DNA of 64,000 bases from Paramecium tetraurelia. Lineage: Eukaryota. Under the pieces are notes generated by a model, which had not been told where the DNA came from, did no database searches, and saw nothing but the letters and a program-made list of their open reading frames with translations. The DNA lies in NCBI GenBank assembly GCA_000165425.1, contig CT868207.1, forward strand, positions 186,001 to 250,000. The letters run 5' to 3'. A program made the translations under genes and the position numbers. Below are positions 39,736 to 55,678 of the stretch, piece by piece. Every line of letters starts with the position of its first letter. Position 1 is the first letter of the stretch.

Positions 39736-41022
39736 TCATTTTTATTGTAAAATGTTAAAGAAATATTCCACTTCTAGTATGCCATCTTCAGGAAGATCAG
39801 TACAATGTATAGCATTCTTAACTCTATCAATTCCAAATTTAGCTCTGATTGTTTGTGGTCTCAAAGTTTTTGCTATTTAAGGATCATGTGGTCCACATAA
39901 ATCCCTAAAAGCTTTCACCTAATAGTTATGATTAATTATTACAGCATTTTCTTGTCTGATTTCCATTGCAATACAAGGTCCAGATGTTAAATGTTCTGAC
40001 ATTGCTTAGAATTCAGGTAAGACCCCCTTAATTAAATCATAAATAAGTTAGTTATACCTTATAGACTTCAAAGAATTCTTCACTTGTAGCTCTATCTAAA
40101 TAGAACATTTGCATTGCTGATATTTCAAAGCCTTCACTTAAAATAATGTCAATAATTTGTCCAGCCCTTCCTTCTAACACAATATGTGGTTTGATTATGG
40201 CACAAGTACAATTATTAAATACAGCAGTCGATTTTAGATTAGACTTATCAGAGAAAAAGAAATCTAATTCCCTTTATGCAGATCCAGCTATATTTTATAA
40301 TATTAGTAACTTACGAGCATCACTGCCATGACAAGCATTTCTAACCCCTTCTGTACCATACAAGGCTCTCATTGAATTTGGTGCCTCAACTCTAGCAACT
40401 TGACATTTAGTTGGTCCAATAAGATCTCTCCATTTTTTGACACTGTTATCGGCAATCAACTCCAAACCTACAATAAAATCACTGCAGATGAATTAAGTTA
40501 GCTCATCGAAAAAAGGTTTTCCCTATTCAATTTGATTTTTTAATTACTCTATGTTCTCCATAGAATTGCTAAGCATCTCCAATTTACATTCTTGTCATTT
40601 TCAAATTACCAATTACGAAACCGTTCCTTTCAACTGCAGTTATTATCTTACCAATATGAGTATATGCATCTGGCTTAATCATTCCAAATGTTCTAACATT
40701 TATACAATTTATTTACTTTCCTCTTTACACTTCGAATTTAGATCTAGTAAATACATCTGCATAATCCACTATTTTTAATTATCTTGAAAAAACTGTCACA
40801 ATTGATCCAACATACAAATCTTTCAATTATATCGATGGGTATTCACATCTTTTCAAGAATATTCTTTTATTTTTCAAATCAAACTAGATTCCTTAATTAA
40901 AATATTACCATTTCAATAGTCTTGTCTGACATGAAATATGTGAGGTTGTAACTCCTTATTAAAGACGCACTTGTGTCAAACCATTCAACTATGAATACAT
41001 ATCTTTCATCATTGACTGCCAT
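39736..41022 (-). CDS. NME7: Nucleoside diphosphate kinase 7 (DM10 + two NDK domains)
   Basis: ERYVFIVEWFDTSASLIR, IKPDAY, RALYGTEGVRNACHGSD, NCTCAIIKPH, KNAIHCTDLPEDGILEVEYFF. Confidence 0.96.
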
Positions 41023-41572
41023 TGTTAATAATAATAATAAAAATATAATCAAAAACTAGATTTCAATTTCTAGTGTTACATTCCATTTCCAACTAGTATT
41101 TCTCATCCTCTACCTTTTTTAATCTATTTTTATATCCCTTAGAATACTTTAAAAAATCTGAAAATAGTAGTAATTCTACTTGATTAACTATATCAATCCA
41201 AAAATTATTTTTAAGATTTATATACAATATTCTCATTTTATTTCTGTCTTGAATCTAACTATTATTTAGAATCTATTCTTATAAACTATAAAAAACAAGA
41301 TAATAATTAAAGATGAATAAACTCAATTTTTTTATGTGTATTTTTTGCAAACTGTTTAATTTATGTTAAAATGTTTATATCAATTATTTCACTTATTTGA
41401 TTGACCAAATTCTTTCAAGATATCTCCCAATTTTAAGGAATTCATTTCAGATGAAAACATAAATAGATCTAGTCTATAATTTCATGCTATTCTATTAGCT
41501 GCTCAAAACTACTGCATAAATTAAGTATCTATTGCTAATTGAACTGATTTTTGTATACATTTATTTTTTAAA

Positions 41573-42193
41573 ATGAATGATAGGTTCCTTTAATTAAGAA
41601 ATAATTATTGCTATCAATACAACAAGCGATTTATTAAAAATTATGAATAACCTCAATGTTCTTAAAGAGTGAAAACTGATACTCCTCCAATACTTAAACA
41701 AAATAAGTATACATATCATTCACCAAGGAAATTTATCAAAACTACTTAAGCTTCATTTTTTGATCATTTTAAAAAGTTTCCCACACCTAAACCAACTGCT
41801 TATTAAATTTACTTACAAACATTACTAGATAATAAAATTGAAATATAAGCCAAATAAAAATAGTAACCATCCTTCACTGTGCATAATGTTAATGGTCAGA
41901 AAATCAACACTTATCGGCAAATAAAGGATACGATAAATAATCAATCTAGACGTCATCATCAAATTAAATCTGAGATTAAAATGCCCTAAAAAGTGAACCA
42001 ACAAAATAAATCCTAATTTAATTCGCCTCGAAAACTCTAAGAATCGTTCAAATAAATTTCAATAAAAAAATTCGACAGGATTAACATAGCGAGAGCATCA
42101 AATGAAGTTTAAATTATAAGAAGTGATAGAATTCAGACTTATGATGATAATTTTGATGACATTGAACCTTGGAACACTTCTGAAATAAAATGA
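41573..42193 (+). CDS. Hypothetical low-complexity protein
   Basis: 621-nt code-6 ORF starting MNDRFLQLRNNY and ending DDIEPWNTSEIK. Confidence 0.65.
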
Positions 42194-42218
42194 TAGTGAT
42201 TTATTAATTTTAATAATT

Positions 42219-43050
42219 TCATATTTTTTCAACTTGATAGTTCTCTAAGTTATGAAATGATGAAGATCTTGAATTATGATGTTGAGCATATCTATACTAT
42301 ATTATTGGGTAATTGGAGGATTCATAATTTTATATTACCCTATGATTTTATTAATTTAATACTTCACATATTATTAATTGGGTTACTGCACATAGAATTA
42401 TTGATGAATCAAAGGATGCTAATTTTGAATATGATTAATTTGTGGATTAGGCTGCGATTTCTTAGTTAAGATCTTTACTGGAGTTGTATTAATCTTAGAT
42501 TAATGATGCTAAGTTATTTGCTGCACTTTAGGCTAAGCAATATGAGATGGTGGTATAAGCTAATGGCATTCTCTTTTAAGATTCTCCTTATTATCGTTTT
42601 ACTTGTTGAGTATTTCTTGAAATCTTTTTTAAAATTCAAAATCATTATTGAGTTGAGTTTTCCCAATTTAAACATGAGTAGTGTAGGCATTTTAGCAATA
42701 AAAATCTTTTAAATTGATGTCAAGCGATGTTGATTCGATATGATGATTGAATGATTAACTTCTCATTTTAAATGGTGCTTTATTTTATTATTCTAGTAGG
42801 TTCTAGTTATTAGTTCCCAAATTAGCAGTCACTTTTTTTTGTATTTATTTATTTTCTTCTGAAATTATTCCTATTTTTTTTAAATTCAATTTGGGTATTT
42901 TTGGATCCTTTTCTACAGTGATTTCAGGGGGTATTATTTTCTAAAGATTGTTGAGTCTTTAGTTTATGTTTCTAAGGGCATTTTTAATTGATTCGCAATC
43001 AAGATCTGGTCTTAAATGATTATATATTCTTACTCTTAACGAATTTACAT
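42219..43050 (-). CDS. Hypothetical low-complexity protein
   Basis: MQIRQE/PDLDCESIKNALRNINQRLNNL...KIPKLNLKK, ending RSSSFHNLENYQVEKI. One intron near the 5' end, middle not fully verified. Confidence 0.6.
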
Positions 43051-43100
43051 TAAATTTATAATAATATAATAGTGATTATTAAATAACACAAATAAAATAA

Positions 43101-44333
43101 ATGATCTTCAGAAATTTGAAAAGTCCATTACTTTCTAAAACCTTCAGGTCTCAAATACCCAGCTTTGGAGTATTGAATCATGAAAAGTTTCAAAAGAAAG
43201 TGGAGGGAAAAGGCAAAGTTTCCAAATTCCTTTATGAGTTTTGGGAAATCCTTTATTAGGTATGAGATCTATTTTGTATGTTAGGGCACATGGGATCAAT
43301 GTGTTGATGCTAAGCTGATGTTAAAGTACACGATTACACAAAAGAAAACTGCTTTTATGCTATCTGAAATCACAAGAATCAGAAAAGATTTAGTAAAATT
43401 CATTCCTTTCTCTTTCTTTCTCATCGTCCCTGGGGCAGAGTTGCTTTTGCCTCCTTACTTGTACTTGTTTCCTAATGCATTTCCTACTACCTATTTATTT
43501 GATGATCAACTGGCGAAGAGATATATTACAAGAGATAGAAAACAAATGAATTCTTATAGATATCTATTTCAATTGATGAAACAACGCATTCCTTCAATTG
43601 AAAACATAAGAAACAATCAAGATTACAATGCTAAGGGTTTGTAGGAACTCGTTTTAAAGCACTCTCATCTCTTCATGACAAAATTGGATTACAGAGAATT
43701 TAATTCAGAACAATTGGTGCACGTAAATTAAATATATTGAGAGTTTAGTTATGCAAATTTTTAGGGATGGAGTTTTTCAGAGGAACCTACACCATTATGA
43801 AACTCACTAAACTTTTTGTTAATCTCCCGGTTTATTTCACTAATCTCTTTTATTGGCTAACGAGAAATCCAGAAAGAAGACCTTTAAACAGTGTTCTAAA
43901 AAATTGGAATTCACTCCTTCCTTTTCCACTTGAGGATTTAAAAAAATCTTTGCTTTTATGGTAAATCAAATCACATCTCAAAAAAGTATATATCAATCAT
44001 TAAATATCAAGATGGAAAGACAAGACAAGGCATTTAGATTAAATGGATTTGGAGATAATAAGTTTGAAAGTATAAGGTAATTTGCAAGGGAAAGAGGCAT
44101 TCCAGCATTAGTTATGCAGAAAGAGAACCCTGAATAAGATTTTGAATAGTAATCTAATCATATAATTATAAAGCTCTAAAAAGCAATTCAAAAGAGACTA
44201 CATTGATTTCATACATAAAGAGTAAGTTTTTGAAAATCTTAAAATTTGGTATGCTGTTCTCTACTATGAGAGATATCATAATAGAATGGTCGAAGATTAT
44301 GAAGAAAGAGTCAGAAAATATTTACTACATTGA
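43101..44333 (+). CDS. LETM1/Mdm38-domain mitochondrial inner-membrane protein
   Basis: Presequence-like N-terminus, RIRKDLVKFIPFSFFLIVPGAELLLPPYLYLFPNAFPTTY and FARERGI. Several introns. Confidence 0.85.
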
Positions 44334-44737
44334 TATGTTTCCATAAAATATTATAAATAATGATTTATTATTCTAATTTAATTATTTGTTATCACAAAGC
44401 CAATCCAAATCATTGTCATAGACACATACAATATGAAAAGGATGTTCTCTCTTTATAATTTCATTTTGCATTAGTGAGTAAAGAAGACTTCTTAATATGT
44501 GTTCAAATTATGAATAATAAACTTCAACAGTTTCAATTAATTATTTCCTCAGTATTAAATTATAATGATTTGATTTTATTTTTTGATGTATTAGAAATTC
44601 TGTTATTGTTGTGGTTAAGTATTATTTTTTGAAATACATTCTTATATATTGGAGAAGGTTATTAAGATTAAGCTTAATAAAAATGCACACTTAGCAATAC
44701 TTATGGCAGGATATATATTAAATTTTTTAATTAATAA

Positions 44738-46327
<1,590 letters not shown>

Positions 46328-46413
46328 GATATTCTATGTTTGACATGAAATTTATTGATAACGAAAATATCATACATTCACTTTTAACAAAATAATTTAT
46401 TAATTAATATATA

Positions 46414-47063
46414 ATGGACAACACATCAACAGATTAAAAAGAAAATCCAGACATTTATCAAGTTGAATAAGAGTAAGATTAATAGTAATAGTAAATGGAA
46501 TAAATTCAGAAGGAAAAAGAAAAATGTTTAGAATTAAAAAACAAGGCAGGGTTGTTATTCAGTCAATTAAAGTATGAAGAGGCTGCTGATATCTACAATG
46601 AAGCTATCGATTATTGTCCTTTAGAAGACTTGAATATGTTGTCCATCTTAAATTCAAATATTGCCATTTGTTTTATGAAACAATCTGATTTTGAAAGCGC
46701 CTTAGAACATTGCTCAAAAGCCCTTGAATTCAACCCTGAATTCGTGAAGGCCTTGATGAATAGAGCTGAATGCTATGAAAAAACAGATAAATTAGAAGAA
46801 GCTTTGGAAGGTAATTATTTCTAGAATATACTTTAGATTATAAGAAATTAAAAGAATTATCACCTAATGACAATTTTATAATTAAAAAATACATTGATTT
46901 AGATTAAAAAGTCTAGGAATTACAAGAGAAAAGAAAGAATGAGGCTTTGAAGGGATTAAAGGATTTAGGTAATACACTATTAAATAAATTTGGATTGAGT
47001 TTGGATAATTTTAAAATGCAATAGAATGAAAATGGATCGTATAATATATAATTTTAATAATGA
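46414..47063 (+). CDS. TTC1: TPR protein, TTC1-like
   Basis: Three TPRs plus the TTC1-type tail LKGLKDLGNTLLNKFGLSLDNFKMQQNENGSYNIQF. Confidence 0.9.
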
Positions 47064-47064
47064 C

Positions 47065-47698
47065 TCAAACAATTTATTTTTTTATTTTTTTTGATTAGTC
47101 CAACCTTATGGGAACTCCAGATAATATTTACATTAAAACACTTTAGTCTTAAAACTATTCTGCAAACTCATTCTTCTCAATATTTATCCAAACTTTGCCA
47201 ACACTTGTTAAATCTACTTTATGATAATTAAAATAGGATTCTGTGAGATTTGCAAACTCGCTAACATGAACAGTTTAGATTCTTGGAGTCCAAAATGCAT
47301 TGAAGTATTTGATCTCTACAAAATCACCTGTTTTCAAAAGTCTTAGTTCGTGAATTGTTCTTTTTGAGAATATTTTTAAGAAAATTAAACCTGCAAAACC
47401 TACTACTGTGCATAAAGTATATGAGGCACAATTCCATCCTCCAAAAACTAATTTTGAGTCTTAAAATTACTTGGCTAAATGTATTCTTAAGAAGCCAGAA
47501 TACAATTTAATGCAGTGAAAAAACTTAATCCTCTTAAGCACCATTATAATTAGTTCTAAATCTAAGTCTAATTTTTACTTCACCATTGTGCAATCTATAG
47601 ATTAGACTTTTATTCGTTTTATCAAAGATTAATTTTTCAGCTTCTACAATTCTAAAGTTCTATTTAGCAAAATTAAAAACAATTTTTGTAAAATTCAT
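47065..47698 (-). CDS. Mitochondrial two-TM protein, TMEM70/TMEM186/TMEM223-like
   Basis: Two introns and two TM helices followed by SKRTIHELRLLKTGDFVEIKYFNAFW, ending ILSGVPIRL. Confidence 0.65.
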
Positions 47699-48714
47699 AT
47701 AATTTTTATTATAATCACTTTCATTTTTGTTAATACATAGCATTCGGTTTTAGTTTATGATGTTTTCATCAACTTAGGTTAATTATTAGTGCTAGTCTTG
47801 CGAACTCTCTGCATATTAAAGAAATTCTACAAAAATAATGGACTTTCTGCTAATTTTAAATTATCCCTCAAATTATTGTAAGCTGAAGATCAAAATTTTC
47901 ATTCATTAATCACTAAGTTATAATTAGGAAAGCAATTGAATTTTTAATTTTGTTTGAAAAAATAATTACCATTATACAGCTAATAAGAATTTGATTTTTC
48001 AAAGGAATAATACCCAAAACCTCCTTTTTTGATTATAATCATTAAAATTAATAATGATTCTTGCTTTTTTTTTAAAAAAATAAATGTTTAATGAGAGAAA
48101 AATAATAGTTATAATTAAAGAATTAAAGCATTAAAAGAGAAAAAGATTTTATAAATAAAAGTTCACTAACTATCATTTTAAGGGTAATATAAATAATATA
48201 ATAATTTTTATCCTGTCATGGTAATTTTCATCTGCTTGAATAAAAAGATTAATCCTACTTGATAAATGAAAATTTTGAATTCTTCAATGTGAAATTTCAA
48301 CAAAAATCAACAATGAAAATATTTAGCTAAAGAAAAAATGTGTATATATATTGAGAACACAAACACCACATCCCTAAAATGATCTAAGTCATTTTAAGGA
48401 GATTTGATTTTTTGGTGATTTAATTTCCAATTTCTATATAAATTTAATTATTTTTCTCAAAAATAAAGGTAACATTTCAAGTAAATATTTCTTAATTATG
48501 GCTGCCATCCATCAATAAAATTAGTTTAAAACCTAAGTGGGAAATATACAGAAAACCTCGAGTTATCGTTAAATAAATAGACATTTGATTAATATTAATA
48601 TGTGATAATGATTTTATGAAATTATAAAGAACTAATTAGATGAAAATTTTATATCCAAATTGCGTAAACATTTTCCAGTTATTATATTAATCTTGAAATT
48701 TCTTTTAAAAAATA

Positions 48715-49285
48715 ATGTAAAAAAGAGGAAAGGTTAATGATTATGAGACTCCCACAAGAAAAATAAAAAAACGAAATTTCATAGATCCTCAATTAAAACT
48801 TGGTCTGATAAATAGTGTTGTTATTGACCATTTACCAATTTATTAAGTTTTAAATTTAATGTATTCTCTAGGCAGCACTATTACATAAAATCAAATATTC
48901 TTCTGCCAAACACATTGTTAGAAATTATCTAAGTGATACAGATAATTTCTTATCAAAACAGAAAAAAAGGGGTAGGAAAATTATTTAAAACAATTTAAAA
49001 GTAATAATTGATGTCAATTCTGGGAAAATCAAGATCACAAGATCGACACAAACGATTTTGCCAACAAATTAATAACAAAATAATAATTAAACAATTCTTA
49101 ATAATATCCTAAGCGATTTATCACATAACTTATTGAAAGAAATAAACAAATCGCTAAATAGTCATATTAAAAATAAATAGTACTATAGACTTGAATTCCC
49201 TATGATAAATCTATCATTGGAGGAATAATTATTAAAAATGAAGACTATACTCAACTCTTAACATGAACAAATGAATTCAAAATGA
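48715..49285 (+). CDS. Helix-turn-helix (homeodomain-like) protein
   Basis: RNFIDPQLKLGLINSVVIDHLPIYQAALLHKIKYSSAKHIVRNY...KKRGRK after a 25-nt intron. Confidence 0.72.
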
Positions 49286-49711
49286 TTTCATATAGTTTTA
49301 TTTTTATAAGATTTCATATTGTAATAAAACATAAAATATTTGTAATTATATTAATAATATTTAAAATAATGTCCCTAAATTAGATTTTATGAAATTTTGA
49401 TATCCATTTCAAATCTATGCATTATAGATATCTGTAGCCACCCAATAAGAATTATCATTTTTTAGTTGTTATGTTTATTAATTATCTTCTTGAAAATTCT
49501 ATTATTCGGGCTGTTTTTATTTTATCAACATTTTAATCATGAATGACTAAATTTTAACTTATTATCGATTTAAAAAAACCTACCATAATAATTATTTATC
49601 AAAATTATTGATACTGCATTGTTGATTAATTAAAAATATTTTATACCGCATTATTATTCATAGATGAAATGTTTATATCTTCATAATTTTGCATCAAATT
49701 ATTAATAAATT

Positions 49712-50338
49712 ATGAAAATAAATTCCACATCCTCCGAATAAAGAAAGAAAACTTAGGCCTAAAAAAATGGTAAAATTGATGGTCATTAAATTGTTTAAAA
49801 TAATCAAACATTTGAGATTGATGAAGAATTCTTTAAAAAGAAAGAAAAAAGAAATCGTAAGTATTTTTTAAAGCGATCTATTTCTTTGTTATAGATCTGT
49901 AAATAAAGTGGAAAGATAGATTTTTCAGTGGGATCAGATTTCCTCCACATTGAGATTATGTAAGGAGGACACTACCCTCTGAATTAATAGAATCTAAAAG
50001 ATATTTGTTCTGAGATCCATCTTAATGATGCAGAGTTTTATTAATCTAATTTAACTTATAGTTTAAATAACGCTTCTAAATGTATTCTAAAGAATTTTAG
50101 AAATCCTTAATCAGAATAAAATTACAAATCTTTTACATAAATTTAATAATAAATAAAAGAAATTAATGCATTTTGCGAAAACAATTTGAAACAGGATTAT
50201 AAAAATTGTCAAGTTGATTCATAATAATTGGATTCCATATTGAAACAGTAAAATAATTAGATTCTTTAAGTAATTCAAGAAACTAAGTAAATTTTGATGG
50301 AATAGCATAGTGCAATAAAAAACACTTTGTAATGTTGA
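49712..50338 (+). CDS. Hypothetical protein, probably related to the upstream HTH gene
   Basis: 627-nt code-6 ORF. QICKQSGKIDF and KQILMEQHSAI resemble IDVNSGKIKI and KTILNSQHEQM of 48715-49285. Confidence 0.6.
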
Positions 50339-50876
50339 ATATGCAATTTATAATTAAATATTCTGTTTTAATTTATTTATTTAATGATTCTAATCGTGTG
50401 TTGAAATTCAATATATTTTTTGTTTTCAGATTTGTAATGAAGCCAAAGAATTTTTTTGAAAAAAACTTCTAAATAATAAGTATTCCTTACAATTTCATAT
50501 AATTTCGAGAGTTATTATTCAACAATCTAGTTGCTGATTTTTTTAAGTTATCGACTTAATTAAGATTAAATTAAGGTAATGGATTGTTCTATAAATTTAA
50601 ATAGATGACTTATTATTTTGTAATTGATGGGAAATCCAATGCTTATAGTTATTTAAGCAAATTTACTATTACTGAATAAAATAACGATCCCTCTAGGATT
50701 CTCCTAGTAATAGGTTTTTATTATGCATTCATTCATTGTTCCTTTTATAATTCAAGTTAATAGCTTACTATCTTTTAAGAATGATCTTTAATAATTCTCT
50801 TCATTTTATGATTACCCAACAATAGGTATCATAACATTATATTTTAATTTAATAAATCATTATTAAATATAATAGC

Positions 50877-51660
50877 AATGGTAAGGCTTAGCTCAAACAA
50901 TTTATTTAGCTCATTAGTGTATAGTAAAACAATAAAATAGATATAGCAAATTAAATCAAATCGAAAACTTCCGATAAAATTAATTAAAAATTAAACTCAT
51001 CTTAAGTAAAATAAGGAATTCCTTATTTTCTTCTCTTTTATTTTAGAATTATCTCATCTATAGAACAACTTAAAATAAAATTAAGCCTAACTCAAGATTT
51101 TCTATTCAATGAAATTTTTTAATCTTGAAATTATATTTCTACAGAAATTGTGTTGCTGTTTCAGTATTTGAAGATTTGATAGGTAAAAATAAGTAATTCA
51201 TCCTTAAAACCATAACACCTGCTTAAATAATTAATAAGTTAAAATAAACATGTTTATAATTAATAATTTAATATTAGGTGGTATATATCACATTGATTTA
51301 AGCAGCTAAAGCTTTAACTTCATTGTAATTGTAGATACTTTTTTATTAGTAAAAAATATTTATAATCCAAAAAATTTTAATAACAAAATTGATTAATTAA
51401 AGTTTTAAGTCTTGTTAAATTTTTCAATTTGATGATAAACTTGCTTTCTTTAATAAAATAAAATCTAGGCAGTATGAACAAGGTCTAATATTTTAATGAA
51501 TTTATTGGATTCGTCATAGAGGGGATTTCTAAATAATCAAAATTAATCTAATTGATCTGAGAGCAGAGAATAGGTTGTAAAAGAAAGGGAGGACGTCTAT
51601 ATTGTCAAAAGGGAAATGTTTGATTTAGACTATGTAAATTAATAGGCTATATTGAGGTGA
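50877..51660 (+). pseudogene. Probable decayed gene upstream of tRNA
   Basis: No intact frame overall, but a coding-like 3' end (SESREQVVKEREDVYIVKREMFDLDYVNQQAILR-TGA). The 5' boundary is approximate. Confidence 0.35.
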
Positions 51661-51671
51661 ATGAATAGGTT

Positions 51672-51744
51672 GCCCTCTTGGCCAAGTGGTTAAGGCATCT
51701 CCCTAGTAAGGAGAAGATCGACGGTTCGACCCCGTCAGGGGGCT
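51672..51744 (+). tRNA. trnT-AGT: tRNA-Thr, anticodon AGT
   Basis: Acceptor GCCCTCT/AGGGGGC, D-arm GCC-AAGTGGTTAA-GGC, anticodon arm TCTCC-CTAGTAA-GGAGA, T-arm GACGG-TTCGACC-CCGTC. Confidence 0.96.
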
Positions 51745-51751
51745 TTTTTTT
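51744..51751 (+). terminator. RNA polymerase III oligo-T terminator
   Basis: T8 run starting at the tRNA discriminator base. Confidence 0.8.
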
Positions 51752-51818
51752 ATTTGATTAATTTAATTTAAAGTAATGTTTTATTTATTTTTGCAGAATA
51801 AACATTTATATTTTTAAA

Positions 51819-53303
<1,485 letters not shown>

Positions 53304-53552
53304 ATTAACATATGATATATTATTCAAAATAGACAATCCTCAATATAGTATTTATCATACTTGAAATCAATGATCATTTTCTAATATTTAATTTAATAAT
53401 TACCAATAAGTTTAGTAAACAAATTGTTTTTCATATTTTCAAGATTTTATTTCTTTTATATTTGATCATATATCAAATTTTGGATCAATAAATATTAAAG
53501 CTTGACTTTTATTTCAAGAGAGAAATTTATTATCATTAATATTATTAATATA

Positions 53553-53955
53553 ATGAGCAATAAAAATCCAATAATGTAGGACAATGCCTAAACTAATAAC
53601 TCTCTAATTAAAGAAAATGAATCAAAAGTTATTAACAATAAAAGCTAAGTGCAGTAATTAACTGAGGAATAAAAATTACAATAAGTATATAGCTTAATTC
53701 CATATTTAAGATGGATTAATTTAAGAAGTTTTTACAATAAACAGGCATTTCAGATGCATTTTAAGTCATATTTGCTGAGATAATTGATAAAAGATTAAAA
53801 GAGGAGGATAGTTACAAATATACAGCTGATAGATTGAGAGAGATTGGAAAAGGTTTGAGTACAGAATAAATGGTAAATGAATTATTAATTCTAACTAGAA
53901 AGCAAAAGCTGATATGTAAAAAAAAGAATTAGCAGAAAAAATGAAAAAAAAATGA
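53553..53955 (+). CDS. Small protein with Dpy-30/RIIa-like docking-dimerisation motif
   Basis: Two 26-nt introns. MDQFKKFLQQTGISDAFQVIFAEIIDKRLKEEDSYKYTADRLREIG. Confidence 0.65.
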
Positions 53956-54145
53956 GTGACTCATATTTTTTATTCTTATTATATGTATAAAACTCTTATA
54001 AATAATTTCCTATTGCATACAATTAGTTTTGTATCTAATGATTTGTAGTGCCTTTATTCTCAGTATTAAATCATATAAATGAAACTGATGTATTTTAAAA
54101 TATTAATATTTTCTAATAAAATTATGTTTATATAAAATATTAACT

Positions 54146-54522
54146 TCAAATTAAGTCGATCTCTTCGTCAGAAAAAGCTTAATTATATGTAAATGGGGAT
54201 TGTTTTTTCTTTAAAGACAAAGAACTTGATTTCATGAGTTTTTAATTTGATAGAATGAGTTAAACGATTTCAAGTATTTGCTCATATGAAACATTTTGTT
54301 CATTAAAATGTAAAGAATGCTAATCAAATAAAAAAGATGTAATTTTATCAGCATCGTTGATTTGAACCATCTCATTAAATTATATCTTATACATTTTCGT
54401 TTTATTGTCTGGTCGTCTTCTTTAGTTCAACATTCTTACTTATACACTAATCCTAAAGCAGGAGGGTAGTATTGACATACGATTTTACGAGCCTGCAAAG
54501 GTTTCTTAGCTCTTAAACTCAT
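54146..54522 (-). CDS. CEP19-like protein (N-terminal domain only)
   Basis: LQARKIVCQYYPPALGLVYKRRPDNKTKMYKI...HFNEQNVSYEQILEIV resembles the CEP19 N-terminus. One 20-nt intron. Confidence 0.6.
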
Positions 54523-54659
54523 AACAATATTTAATAATTTATGTAAAATATTTTCAAAATTCTAGATATCACGTAATCGTGAACATTTTAAACATTTAAG
54601 ATTTATAATTCTTTATATGAATAAATAAAAAAATGCATTATATTTTTTTAACAACATCA

Positions 54660-55559
54660 CATTTCAGTTCTTATAGATTACTTAATAAATCATCTTTTGG
54701 CTTAGAATTTTAATTTTAAAGTTATTTCATCATCAAGTTTATCATATTTGTTTCATAAAACTCTATGAGAAGAATTATAATTAACCTTGAACTCTAGAAT
54801 TAGGTACCTGAGTCAATTATTGTTTTATCCTACTTTGAACAAGCTTCTATTAATCATAATAATTGTATATTTTCCTGTAATTCTGTCATAGATTTTCAAT
54901 CTTATTATTGAGTTCATCAATAAGTAGATCCTGTTTGATATCATGCTTGTTTAATTAATTTTGGACTTCATTTTTCAACTGCTTGAATGGCAATATCAGA
55001 CAAATCCCATTAATTTTTTTTTACTAAAGTTATCATAAATTTAGGGAATCAATTTCACCATTTTTTTAATAGAATTATGATTTTAATACATCATTCTTCA
55101 ATTTTTCAGTTATTTTGAACCAAAATTCATCATTTTTTTTTCATATTTTCTTTATAAATTTATTTACTTTCACTCATCCTTCTCCTACCTAAATCTACAC
55201 TCTTATTCTCTAATATTGTATAGGTGAGCATACTACTTTAGTTCTAATTTGGATCTTGATTCAATGATTGAAGATTAATTTGCTCAAAATTGTTATAAAT
55301 TTTGTTCTTAATTTAAATTTTCTTAATATCATGGCCTAAGTCTCTTCATTTAAGCCCATCAAAAATATTACTAATTTATAACAATTTATATCCTAAAAAG
55401 ATAAATCTGTCTCATTTTTATTAGTATATAGATTCAGAAAGTGATATCCTTTAATTTAATGAATTTGAACTGATATTTTTTTTCAATGTCATCATATTGA
55501 GGTTATTTTATTTATCCCCAAGAATTTGATGAGTATAATTGTGTAATCTAATAGTCCAT
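54660..55559 (-). pseudogene. Probable decayed gene
   Basis: Coding-like segments in changing frames with several in-frame TGA not explained by GT-AG introns. Boundaries approximate. Confidence 0.4.
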
Positions 55560-55678
55560 CAATAGCTTAAATATATATTTCTTTTAATTTGGCTCTTAAA
55601 ATGAAAAATTAAAGTTTCTATTCATAAAATTTCCTTTTTAATGATTTAACTTATTTTTTAATATTATATTTCTTTTTA

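Noticed and set aside
51698..51716. CTA in the tRNA anticodon loop suggesting a UAG-decoding tRNA-Gln
   Set aside because: The stem TCTCC/GGAGA encloses the 7-nt loop CT-AGT-AA, so the anticodon is AGT (Thr).
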